Shown here: positions 1 to 10,688 of the stretch, piece after piece
Numbering within the stretch: position 1 is the first letter of the stretch
Layout of the letters: every line of letters starts with the position of its first letter
Sequence record: MH051915
Length of the DNA: 64,000 nt
Source of the DNA: Enterobacteria phage vB_EcoM_IME339
Direction: 5' to 3' (one strand)
Made by a program: the position numbers and the translations under genes
Notes under the pieces: model-generated
Seen by the model: the letters and a program-made list of their open reading frames with translations, nothing else
Told to the model about the DNA's origin: nothing
Databases searched by the model: none

Positions 1-2
1 TA

Positions 3-272
3 TTTAAAGATGGCGATGTTCCTGGATTAAATACAAATAGCATGTGGAGCTTTATTGATTACTTAACTGTATCTCGTATGAAACAGTGCGGTCTTCCATG
101 CCCAATTACTGATGCTCCGGTTAAACATCCGTATCCTTGGATTCGTGAATATCTTAATTCTGATAATGTTCAATCAGCGCCACAAGAAGTAGAACTGTCA
201 TCTTACCTTGTTGCACAGATTGATAATGATGTTGATGATAAAGTTATGATGAGTTTTAAAAAATATTTTTAA
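3..272 (+). CDS. nrdB: Ribonucleotide reductase beta subunit NrdB, C-terminal fragment (5' end outside window)
   Basis: Frame open from position 3; tail ...SSYLVAQIDNDVDDKVMMSFKKYF resembles the class Ia R2 C-terminus (E. coli ...[21 protein letters not shown]); sits upstream of denA as in T4. Confidence 0.75.
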   Translation, partial: FKDGDVPGLNTNSMWSFIDYLTVSRMKQCGLPCPITDAPVKHPYPWIREYLNSDNVQSAPQEVELSSYLVAQIDNDVDDKVMMSFKKYF

Positions 273-276
273 GGAG

Positions 277-299
277 TGGGCCGCAAGGCCCATTTTATT
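277..299 (+). terminator. GC stem-loop GGGCCGCAAGGCCC followed by ATTTTATT, between nrdB stop and denA ATG
   Basis: Perfect 5-bp GC stem with GCAA loop and U-rich tail; could also act as a structured RBS element. Confidence 0.5.
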
Positions 300-1887
<1,588 letters not shown>

Positions 1888-1890
1888 GCT

Positions 1891-1944
1891 GTTTACAAGT
1901 CCCTCGTGTTGTGTTATAGTAATTTTACTGACATAACATGAGGA
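1891..1944 (+). promoter_or_regulatory. Early (sigma70-type) promoter plus leader and SD upstream of alc; copy 1 of a 54-bp perfect repeat
   Basis: GTTTAC -35, about 17-18 nt spacer, TATAGT -10-like hexamer, then leader ending in GAGGA; identical 54 bp at 17669-17722. Confidence 0.6.
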
Positions 1945-1951
1945 CTTTATG

Positions 1952-2455
1952 ATGGATTTGCAGCTTATTACTACTGAGATGGTCGTTGAAGCATACGGTG
2001 ATACTACAGATGGGATTTCTGTATTTAAAGGAAATCGTCGAGTTGGATATATCACCGATCTTAAGAAAGATTTAGCTAAGCAAGTCAAGCGGAAAACGAC
2101 CATTAAAGAATATCGAAATCGTCGTCTTGAGCAAGCCCGTGATATGCTTCCTGATGCAGTTGAGGAGATGAAAGTCTTTTTAGAAAATCAGCTTGCGAAA
2201 TATGATTGTGATGTGTTCATTAATCAGACTCAACCTAATGTTCATATCAATAATTGTAAATGCTACATCATCGTTAATCCTTTGACGGGAAAACATCGTC
2301 TTGGAATCAGTAATCCAAATCGTAGCGCATCGGATATGGCAGAAGATGTTGAGGCATGCTTTAAAATTTCTAAATCTCCTGCTGAACATCATATTTTAAT
2401 TAACGGTCTTTCTCAAGACGATATTATAGAGGTTATTAAAACTTTATGCAATTAA
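1952..2455 (+). CDS. alc: Alc, inhibitor of host transcription elongation on cytosine DNA, 167 aa
   Basis: Position between rnlA and pseT cluster and length match T4 alc; second ATG chosen for better SD spacing. Confidence 0.8.
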   Translation: MDLQLITTEMVVEAYGDTTDGISVFKGNRRVGYITDLKKDLAKQVKRKTTIKEYRNRRLEQARDMLPDAVEEMKVFLENQLAKYDCDVFINQTQPNVHINNCKCYIIVNPLTGKHRLGISNPNRSASDMAEDVEACFKISKSPAEHHILINGLSQDDIIEVIKTLCN

Positions 2456-2799
2456 ATAATACGACAGCAGGCTTGCTATTAATTGTAATTGCATTGGGCG
2501 GAACTTCTTTAATTTTAAAAAGTAAAATTGAAAGATTAGAAACGTCTGTTGTAGAAATTACAAAAACGGCCAATGAAAACGCTTTAGCATTAGATAATTT
2601 GCGAATTCAGTATAATTATATTGATGCGATGAATAATAAAAATCGTGAGGCAATTGCTGCTATTGAGCGTGAAAATGAAAAACTGCGCAAAGACGCAAAG
2701 AAGGCGGATGTGGTGGCTCATAAGCCAGGATTGGTTGAAAAACAAATCAACAACTCCTTCAACAAGTTCGCAGAAGACATCCAGGACCTTTCTAAATGA
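2446..2799 (+). CDS. Hypothetical membrane-anchored protein (N-terminal TM helix, coiled-coil rest)
   Basis: ORF with ATG overlapping alc stop; hydrophobic segment TAGLLLIVIALGGTSLIL. Confidence 0.55.
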   Translation: MQLNNTTAGLLLIVIALGGTSLILKSKIERLETSVVEITKTANENALALDNLRIQYNYIDAMNNKNREAIAAIERENEKLRKDAKKADVVAHKPGLVEKQINNSFNKFAEDIQDLSK

Positions 2800-3095
2800 T
2801 TAAACTATCAGCAGTAATATTATCTATTGGTCTTCTAGTTGGTTGTTCGACAAAGCCTCTAGAAGTAAAGAAAGAAACAGTTCATCCTAATTGGCCTGTG
2901 CAGATAAAGTCATATGATGAAGCTAAACTATCCTGGCAAGTTAAAGTTATTGATGGTAAAGCTTGGGTCGGTATGCCATTCGAAGATTCCCAGGAATTTC
3001 GTATTTGGCTTAATGATGTAAAACGATATGTACATGACCAAAAAACTATGATATGTTATTATCGCCAAGAGTTAAAAGAGGATAAATGCAAATGA
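2796..3095 (+). CDS. Hypothetical lipoprotein (signal peptide with lipobox LVGC)
   Basis: MIKLSAVILSIGLLVGCSTK...; ATGA start/stop overlap with preceding ORF. Confidence 0.6.
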   Translation: MIKLSAVILSIGLLVGCSTKPLEVKKETVHPNWPVQIKSYDEAKLSWQVKVIDGKAWVGMPFEDSQEFRIWLNDVKRYVHDQKTMICYYRQELKEDKCK

Positions 3096-3318
3096 TTTCA
3101 TGGCATCAATTTGAACATCTCAAAGGATTGATTTATGAATCCGAGATGGCTGCAATGATTTATGGACGCCAGATTCAACGATTAGAATCTTTACCTCCAA
3201 CCAATGATGTTTTATTAGCTCAATCACGTGCTAATCTTAAAAATGAATATCAAAATAAGTGGGGTAAAGCATCTAAAGACCTGCATGATTATATTCAATC
3301 ATTAGTTGAGAAAAATAA

Positions 3319-3322
<4 letters not shown>
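3086..3322 (+). CDS. Hypothetical protein, 78 aa
   Basis: ORF in tightly packed operon; ATG start overlapping neighbour. Confidence 0.5.
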
Positions 3323-4526
<1,204 letters not shown>

Positions 4527-4723
4527 TGGCGTGGCATCATGAAACTTGGTCTATTGTTATTGTAAATAGCGGTTTAGTTGGTACTAGTAATGGGCAATTT
4601 TGCGTATTCACTAGTGAAATTAGAGCTTGGGAGGAATGTCTTAAATTAAGAGAAAAGAATCCTGATGTTGAACTAACAGTAAAGAAAACTAAACTGCCTT
4701 TACCATGGAAAACTTATGAATAA
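4527..4723 (+). CDS. Hypothetical protein, 65 aa
   Basis: Track ORF starts at 4496 inside pseT; ATG at 4527 immediately after pseT TAA with GGAG 9 nt upstream. Confidence 0.5.
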
Positions 4724-4916
4724 CATAGAAAAGATTTATCGACTTTGTGATAAAATTGAAAAAGAAAAGAAATATCTATTTTGTTTATGGCCTATTGTTG
4801 ATGGAAGAGTAGGCTTAGATGTTCTTGATTATGAAACAGAAGACAAAGTAGATGGTTCAACTTTTGATAATGCGTTGGATGTTATTGATTGGCTTGAAGA
4901 AAATTATGTGAGGTAA
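4716..4916 (+). CDS. Hypothetical protein, 66 aa
   Basis: ORF, ATG start overlapping previous stop. Confidence 0.5.
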   Translation: MNNIEKIYRLCDKIEKEKKYLFCLWPIVDGRVGLDVLDYETEDKVDGSTFDNALDVIDWLEENYVR

Positions 4917-4918
4917 AT

Positions 4919-5194
4919 ATGTTTCCGACTTATTCTAAAATCGTAGAAGTAGTGTTTAGCCAAATTATTGCTAATAATATGTTTGAAAAGCTTGATAACG
5001 CAGCTGAGCTTCGAATTCATGCTCAGGTGACTCATGTATTGAACGCTTTGCTTCCAGACCAAGTGGATTCTATTGCAATTACGCTGTATCCAGGTTCCGC
5101 GCATATCATTGTCGTATTCGGTTTTGATGCTGAGCTAGTCATCAAAGGCGATATTCGCTTTGAATCACAGACATCAGAATTCAAAGCAATTTAA
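4919..5194 (+). CDS. Hypothetical protein, 91 aa
   Basis: ORF with GAGGT SD upstream of ATG. Confidence 0.5.
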   Translation: MFPTYSKIVEVVFSQIIANNMFEKLDNAAELRIHAQVTHVLNALLPDQVDSIAITLYPGSAHIIVVFGFDAELVIKGDIRFESQTSEFKAI

Positions 5195-5196
5195 TA

Positions 5197-5226
5197 GTTT
5201 ACTTTAAGGTAGAGTTGTGATATTAT
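5197..5226 (+). promoter_or_regulatory. Early promoter upstream of ORF 5257 (GTTTAC -35, TATTAT -10)
   Basis: GTTTAC...18 nt...TATTAT; inverted repeat GGTAGAG/CTCTACC spans the -10 region. Confidence 0.5.
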
Positions 5227-5256
5227 AGCTCTACCAAAACAAATGAGGAAATTGAA

Positions 5257-5784
5257 ATGAGCGAATGGTTTGAAGAAGATAAGGTTTATCGCTTTAAAGC
5301 TGGGTATAAAGATATTTTTAATGAAACCTGCGGGGCTAATAAACGAATTGCCCAGTTTATTGGGGAAAATTCATTTAAAGTAAAAATAGATCCTGCGAAA
5401 AATGTTATTAGCATTAAACGTGAAATTGATGATTGCTGGTATAAAGCTGTTGATGTAATGGGCGAATCCTATAAAGTTAGCCCGTTATTTTCAATTGCTT
5501 ATATGTTAGAATATTCTTTTTTCGAAGAAGTTCAAAAAGATGATTCTACAAGTAAATTTGAAATTAAAACTGATAAAGAAATTAAGTGGAAAGTAGTAGG
5601 TATTACTGGTTGTATGTTTTATATCTATGCTCAAACTGATACGAAGGAAGAAGCTAAAAAGAAAGCTCTAGAATATCTTGAAGAGTATGAAGAAGGCCCG
5701 GTAATGATTACCCAAGATGCCGAATTAGTTTCTGTCAAATTAGTTAAAAACGTTGAAAGTAAGGAGCTGGGATCAACATGCTAA
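5257..5784 (+). CDS. Hypothetical protein, 175 aa
   Basis: ORF with own early promoter and GAGGAA SD. Confidence 0.6.
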   Translation: MSEWFEEDKVYRFKAGYKDIFNETCGANKRIAQFIGENSFKVKIDPAKNVISIKREIDDCWYKAVDVMGESYKVSPLFSIAYMLEYSFFEEVQKDDSTSKFEIKTDKEIKWKVVGITGCMFYIYAQTDTKEEAKKKALEYLEEYEEGPVMITQDAELVSVKLVKNVESKELGSTC

Positions 5785-6014
5785 GTGAAAAACCAATTAC
5801 TACTAAAGAATTCCAAGAAAAAGTTAAACTATTTGCTCAAGAATTGGTAAATAAGGTTTCTGAACGATTTCCTGAAACGTCGGTTCGTGTTATTACCGAA
5901 ACTCCTCGTTCAGTATTAGTAATTGTGAATCCAGGTGATGGTGACCAAATAACACATCTTAAACTGGATTTTGATGGATTAGTTGAAGCACAAAGGGTGT
6001 ATGGCGTACTATGA
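5778..6014 (+). CDS. Hypothetical protein, 78 aa
   Basis: ORF, AAGGAG upstream. Confidence 0.5.
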   Translation: MLSEKPITTKEFQEKVKLFAQELVNKVSERFPETSVRVITETPRSVLVIVNPGDGDQITHLKLDFDGLVEAQRVYGVL

Positions 6015-6349
6015 TGAATTTAACTGATATAATTGATAATTGTCTTGAAAATGATACTGGCGATCATAGAGCGCTTGATTCTGAAACAGCACAGTTCATT
6101 AGAATAACTTTAATGAATGATACTCTAGTGAATAGTATTCATCCTTCTGTGTATGATGCTATTATTGTGACGAAGTATCCAGTTGAGCTTCACAAAAAGA
6201 TGGCTGGTGCAATTTTTATTGATAAGAAAAACCGCTTTAAAGATGGGCAGAATATAATTAGTTCTGTTATTAAAAGTATAACTAAACTTCGTCACGAAAT
6301 TTATCGTGTTGAAACTGCTAAATCTGCTTATCTGGTGATTATGAAATGA
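6011..6349 (+). CDS. Hypothetical protein, 112 aa
   Basis: ORF, ATGA overlap with neighbours. Confidence 0.5.
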   Translation: MMNLTDIIDNCLENDTGDHRALDSETAQFIRITLMNDTLVNSIHPSVYDAIIVTKYPVELHKKMAGAIFIDKKNRFKDGQNIISSVIKSITKLRHEIYRVETAKSAYLVIMK

Positions 6350-6927
6350 AAGCGAGTACAGTACTTCAAATTGCATATTTAGTATCACAAGAATCAAAAT
6401 GTTGCTCCTGGAAGGTAGGAGCAGTAATTGAAAAGAATGGACGTATTATTTCTACCGGATATAATGGTTCTCCGGCAGGTGGTGTGAATTGCTGCGATTA
6501 TGCTGCCGAGCAAGGTTGGTTGCTGAATAAGCCTAAACATACTATCATTCAAGGTCATAAGCCTGAATGCGTATCGTTTGGTTCAACTGACCGTTTTGTT
6601 TTGGCGAAAGAACACCGCAGCGCTCACTCTGAATGGTCGTCTAAAAATGAAATTCATGCTGAACTAAATGCGATTTTGTTTGCTGCACGAAACGGTTCTT
6701 CAATTGAAGGTGCTACTATGTATGTAACACTTTCTCCTTGCCCGGATTGTGCAAAAGCCATAGCTCAATCTGGAATTAAAAAACTGGTTTATTGCGAAAC
6801 ATACGATAAGAATAAACCTGGCTGGGATGATATTCTGCGAAATGCAGGTATTGAAGTGTTTAATGTTCCTAAGAAAAACTTGAATAAGTTAAATTGGGAA
6901 AATATCAACGAATTCTGTGGTGAATAA
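6346..6927 (+). CDS. cd: dCMP deaminase, 193 aa
   Basis: Zinc-binding deaminase motifs HAELNAI and SPCPDCAKAI; length and position match T4 cd. Confidence 0.92.
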   Translation: MKASTVLQIAYLVSQESKCCSWKVGAVIEKNGRIISTGYNGSPAGGVNCCDYAAEQGWLLNKPKHTIIQGHKPECVSFGSTDRFVLAKEHRSAHSEWSSKNEIHAELNAILFAARNGSSIEGATMYVTLSPCPDCAKAIAQSGIKKLVYCETYDKNKPGWDDILRNAGIEVFNVPKKNLNKLNWENINEFCGE

Positions 6928-7163
6928 TGAAATTTCGTTTGGTACAGCTCACAGCAATTAGTTCTTATTCTAACGAGAACATTTCATTTGCTGTAGAGTA
7001 TAAGAAGTATTTTTTCTCTAAATGGAAACAGTATTATAAGTCAGAATGGGTTTGTATTGATAGGCCGTATAGTTGGAAATCTGATTTAGAAAAATGCCAA
7101 AAGTTGCTTTCCACTCTTAAAGAACGTGGAACAACCCATATTAAAACTGTAATAGGTAAATAA
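6927..7163 (+). CDS. Hypothetical protein, 78 aa
   Basis: ORF between cd and 31. Confidence 0.5.
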   Translation: MKFRLVQLTAISSYSNENISFAVEYKKYFFSKWKQYYKSEWVCIDRPYSWKSDLEKCQKLLSTLKERGTTHIKTVIGK

Positions 7164-7472
7164 ATGAAATTGACAACTGAACAGAAAGTAGCAATTCGTG
7201 AAATTTTGAAAACTAAATTGTCCATGGGTATTTCAAACGTGGTTTTTGAAAAGTCTGATGGTACTATTCGTACTATGAAAGGCACTCGTGATGCTGACTT
7301 TATGCCAACTATGCAAACCGGTAAATTGACTGAATCTACTCGGAAAGAATCTACTGATATGATTCCAGTATTTGATGTTGAACTCGGTGCATGGCGAGGT
7401 TTTTCTATTGACAAATTGATTTCCGTTAATGGCATGAAAGTTGAGCATTTGCTCCAATTTATTGGTAAATAA
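7164..7472 (+). CDS. Hypothetical protein, 102 aa
   Basis: ORF between cd and 31. Confidence 0.55.
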   Translation: MKLTTEQKVAIREILKTKLSMGISNVVFEKSDGTIRTMKGTRDADFMPTMQTGKLTESTRKESTDMIPVFDVELGAWRGFSIDKLISVNGMKVEHLLQFIGK

Positions 7473-7473
7473 A

Positions 7474-7498
7474 TGCTTTAAGAATTATTTGTTATTAT
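7474..7498 (+). promoter_or_regulatory. Candidate MotA-dependent middle promoter for gene 31
   Basis: MotA-box-like ATGCTTTA followed 12 nt later by TATTAT. Confidence 0.45.
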
Positions 7499-7528
7499 TA
7501 ATTCATCTGTTAACAAAAAGGAAAAACG

Positions 7529-7864
7529 ATGTCTGAAGTACAACAGCTACCAATTCGTGCTGTCGGTGAATATGTGATTTTAGTTTCTGAACCTGCACAA
7601 GCCGGTGATGAAGAAGTTACAGAATCAGGACTTATTATTGGTAAACGTGTCCAAGGTGAAGTTCCTGAACTGTGTGTAGTTCACTCTGTTGGTCCTGATG
7701 TTCCTGAAGGTTTCTGCGAAGTTGGTGATTTGACTTCTCTTCCAGTTGGTCAAATTCGAAACGTTCCTCATCCTTTTGTAGCTCTGGGTCTTAAGCAGCC
7801 AAAAGAAATTAAACAAAAATTCGTAACCTGTCACTATAAAGCTATTCCGTGTTTTTATAAGTGA
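7529..7864 (+). CDS. 31: Co-chaperonin gp31 (GroES functional analogue), 111 aa
   Basis: Length, position and sequence character match T4 gp31. Confidence 0.9.
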   Translation: MSEVQQLPIRAVGEYVILVSEPAQAGDEEVTESGLIIGKRVQGEVPELCVVHSVGPDVPEGFCEVGDLTSLPVGQIRNVPHPFVALGLKQPKEIKQKFVTCHYKAIPCFYK

Positions 7865-7865
7865 T

Positions 7866-7873
7866 ATAAATAA
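7866..7873 (+). promoter_or_regulatory. Late-promoter motif TATAAATA upstream of rIII
   Basis: Exact TATAAATA octamer about 140 nt upstream of the rIII ATG. Confidence 0.4.
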
Positions 7874-8011
7874 TAATATGAATTGGGTGTCGGAATAATA
7901 AGTTAACCGAACAATTCTATGTGGTAGTCTACAACTGAGAGATCTGTCGAAAGAAGATGAAATTCAGAAGAACGTGACTACCGAGTTTTAATCTCTAACG
8001 AGAATTTTTAA

Positions 8012-8260
8012 ATGATTAAACAATTACAACACGCTCTTGAACTGCAACGAAACGCATGGAATAATGGTCACGAAAACTATGGCGCATCTATTGATGTTGA
8101 AGCCGAAGCTCTTGAAATCCTGCGTTATTTCAAACATCTGAATCCTGCTCAAACTGCATTAGCTGCTGAGCTTCAGGAAAAAGATGAACTTAAGTATGCT
8201 AAGCCTCTGGCTTCTGCTGCACGAAAAGCAGTTCGTCACTTTGTGGTAACACTGAAGTAA
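8012..8260 (+). CDS. rIII: rIII lysis-inhibition accessory protein, 82 aa
   Basis: 82-aa ORF between 31 and the 30.x cluster, as in T4. Confidence 0.8.
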   Translation: MIKQLQHALELQRNAWNNGHENYGASIDVEAEALEILRYFKHLNPAQTALAAELQEKDELKYAKPLASAARKAVRHFVVTLK

Positions 8261-8454
8261 TTTATTGGAGAGTCACTGCCTTAGTGTGAAGTTAAAACGA
8301 GGAGCCGTCGAACTTTGTTTTACGGTGTACCTCTTGAATGTTGACGAGGTTTATGGTTATCCTGTCGGTAAATATTCAAAACCTAAGTACCCCTTGAGGG
8401 CTTTCGCAGGCAATGCCAATAAGTCCTGCATTTTCATTTAAAAGAGAATTTATA

Positions 8455-8631
8455 ATGGCAAAACAAGCTAAAGCAAAGAAAGCAGTTGAAAAGAAAGTTG
8501 GTGATTCTAAACGCGCTGGTTACAAGCGTGGGTCGAACTCTCGTATCAATCAAACTGTTGAGAAGATCATGCGCCGAGCACGTGCGGTTCTTCGAGATGA
8601 TGCTTCTCGTTTTGGTAAGCAGAAAGCATAA
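8455..8631 (+). CDS. Hypothetical very basic small protein, 58 aa
   Basis: MAKQAKAKKAVEKK...; track start 8413 lacks an SD; followed by a strong terminator. Confidence 0.4.
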   Translation: MAKQAKAKKAVEKKVGDSKRAGYKRGSNSRINQTVEKIMRRARAVLRDDASRFGKQKA

Positions 8632-8636
8632 GTTGA

Positions 8637-8665
8637 GGACTCCTTCGGGAGTCCTTTTTTATTTT
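8637..8665 (+). terminator. Intrinsic terminator GGACTCCTTCGGGAGTCC plus TTTTTTATTTT
   Basis: Perfect 7-bp stem with TTCG loop followed by U-run. Confidence 0.8.
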
Positions 8666-8684
8666 CCAAAGATTGCATAAAGTT

Positions 8685-8717
8685 GTTTACAGTATAGTTC
8701 CTTTGTGATAGTATTAT
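8685..8717 (+). promoter_or_regulatory. Early promoter (GTTTAC -35, TAGTAT/TATTAT -10) upstream of ORF 8742
   Basis: Motif match at appropriate spacing. Confidence 0.5.
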
Positions 8718-8741
8718 CTTACACAAACAAAGGAGAATAAA

Positions 8742-9074
8742 ATGAAAACGATTAATCTGAACGCTACAGTTAAAACTAAATGCTTCAATGGTAAATATGA
8801 TGAAACTATGTGGTTCTTAATGGCAGTTGAAGGTGATATTATTGAAGTAGAAACAACAGAAGGTATGGGAACAGATTTCACCTTTACAATTCAAGTTCAT
8901 AATTTCTTTACTGGTTGGATTTATGAATTGAATACAGTAATCGTTGGAAAAATTGAACAAAATGAATTGGGTGAATGGTATTATGTTACAGCCCGCCAAC
9001 GTGCCGAACGCTTAATTGAGAAGATGAAAAAAGTTGGTAAACTTGACATGCAACATTGGAAAGTAGTAAAATAA
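8742..9074 (+). CDS. Hypothetical protein, 110 aa
   Basis: ORF with AAGGAG SD. Confidence 0.6.
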   Translation: MKTINLNATVKTKCFNGKYDETMWFLMAVEGDIIEVETTEGMGTDFTFTIQVHNFFTGWIYELNTVIVGKIEQNELGEWYYVTARQRAERLIEKMKKVGKLDMQHWKVVK

Positions 9075-9076
9075 TT

Positions 9077-9105
9077 GTTTACTTTGGTACAGGATATGAT
9101 ATTAT
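9077..9105 (+). promoter_or_regulatory. Early promoter (GTTTAC -35, TATTAT -10) upstream of ORF 9143
   Basis: Motif match; 17 nt spacer. Confidence 0.5.
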
Positions 9106-9142
9106 ATACCTGTACCGCAATTAAACATCTCGGAGAATAAAA

Positions 9143-9508
9143 ATGAACTACATCAACTTTGAACGTAAATATGTTTCTAATGGTATTGTAGGTTCTATTG
9201 ATACTATCTGCCTTTGGAAACATCAAAATGGATCAGTATGCGAAATTGAACAGTATATGACTCCTAACTACGTTTATATGCGATTTGAAAATGGCATCAC
9301 GGTTTCAATCACGAAAGAAGGTTCTTCTTTTAAAATCGCATTAGATGATGATTTCCGTCAACGCGATTTAGGTACTCATCCTTGCTGGAATGGCGTCAAT
9401 CGTAAGCTTCTGGTTAAAACTTGGATTCGTCATATTCTGAGTAACAGAGCTAAACCTGAGCATCTTGAAGCGATCTTTGATGTAGTTCTTAACGAATTTG
9501 ATATTTAA
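9143..9508 (+). CDS. Hypothetical protein, 121 aa
   Basis: ORF with GGAGAA SD. Confidence 0.6.
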   Translation: MNYINFERKYVSNGIVGSIDTICLWKHQNGSVCEIEQYMTPNYVYMRFENGITVSITKEGSSFKIALDDDFRQRDLGTHPCWNGVNRKLLVKTWIRHILSNRAKPEHLEAIFDVVLNEFDI

Positions 9509-9549
9509 AATAAAATGAGGGGCTTCGGCCCCTTACTGAGGAAAATACT

Positions 9550-9837
9550 ATGTTTATGACTACTTATTTTGATACCCGCAAAAATTTCTGTGAAGTGGTT
9601 TTCTCTAAGGCACCTAAAGACCTTCCTGCTCATTTGCAACCTACCAGTGAATCAATTAAAAACTACGTTAATGTAGTCTGCCCTTTAGAGTTCCGTACTG
9701 TAAATGGGCGTGATACTCTAGCTATTACTAAACTCAATCGTGAAATTGACATTGACCCTTCAATTGCGCGCGAAATTAATATTTCTGATATTGGCGGCGG
9801 TAATGTTAAATCGCACGGTTTTCAGATGAGGTTTTAA
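9550..9837 (+). CDS. Hypothetical protein, 95 aa
   Basis: ORF with GAGG SD. Confidence 0.55.
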   Translation: MFMTTYFDTRKNFCEVVFSKAPKDLPAHLQPTSESIKNYVNVVCPLEFRTVNGRDTLAITKLNREIDIDPSIAREINISDIGGGNVKSHGFQMRF

Positions 9838-10034
9838 TGAAATTCTTTTTAGGTCAAACTGTTGAATTAAAGGGAGTTGGTATACCTGGATTAATTTCTA
9901 AGGTTCTACCTCCATTTAAATGGAGTGGTATTCAAATAAAAGAGGCTTATATTGTTTCCTGGGTAGATGGAAATGAAGACCTTCGTATGGGTGATGAATT
10001 ATCTCCTATCTATGGATTAAAGGAATTAATATGA
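9837..10034 (+). CDS. Hypothetical protein, 65 aa
   Basis: ORF, ATGA overlap. Confidence 0.5.
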   Translation: MKFFLGQTVELKGVGIPGLISKVLPPFKWSGIQIKEAYIVSWVDGNEDLRMGDELSPIYGLKELI

Positions 10035-10237
10035 ATATAATTAATAAGATTTTTGGAATTCAGTACATTAAGGTCACATATAAAGTAACGTATAAAGGTC
10101 CGTATACCGATGAACATGAAGAGCCACAAGTTCAGTCTATTATATTAGAAAAGGACCCTAACTGGCCAGTTGAATTTCGTCTTCCTTGCTATGGTCATTG
10201 GGCTGATGTTGAAATTATAAGTATTGAAAATGTCTGA
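10031..10237 (+). CDS. Hypothetical protein, 68 aa
   Basis: ORF, ATGA overlap. Confidence 0.5.
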   Translation: MNIINKIFGIQYIKVTYKVTYKGPYTDEHEEPQVQSIILEKDPNWPVEFRLPCYGHWADVEIISIENV

Positions 10238-10688
10238 GTTAGAGATTAGAAGCAATTTTAGATGGCCATCATGTGCATTAAGTAATTTCGCCCAATGGCC
10301 TTTTGTTATGGATGGTATCCAATTTGGAGGTCTCGAAGGATTCCTCCAAGGATGCAAGGTGAAAAATGTTGAACAACAGCGTCGTATATTTGGGTTATCC
10401 GGGCTTGCCGCCCAACAAGCTGGAAGGTCTTATGCAAGAGCTCAGGACCGTGGCACGTTGTTCTGGCTTGGAACTCCGTTTTCAAGATATTCCGAAGCAT
10501 GGAAAGAATTATACACAAATGCATATTTTGAAGCAGCGATCCAAAACAAGGGATTTCGCAATGCATTACAAGCCTCGAAAGGAAAAGTTTTGAAGCATAG
10601 CATGGCTAGTGGTCTAACAAAAGATGATACAATACTAACCGAAGCTGAATTTATTGATGTGTTAAACCTATTAAGAGACTCTCTATGA
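10230..10688 (+). CDS. NADAR/YbiA-like (DUF1768) domain protein, about 152 aa
   Basis: LSNFAQWPFVMDGIQFGGLEGFLQGCK matches the NADAR signature (YbiA FSNFAAWPIKVDGKTWPTSEHYFQAQK); track start 10224 is TTG, ATG at 10230. Confidence 0.7.
   Translation: MSELEIRSNFRWPSCALSNFAQWPFVMDGIQFGGLEGFLQGCKVKNVEQQRRIFGLSGLAAQQAGRSYARAQDRGTLFWLGTPFSRYSEAWKELYTNAYFEAAIQNKGFRNALQASKGKVLKHSMASGLTKDDTILTEAEFIDVLNLLRDSL

Noticed and set aside
8486-8680. 64-aa + strand ORF
   Set aside because: Alternative frame overlapping the small basic ORF and running through the terminator hairpin; no start signals.
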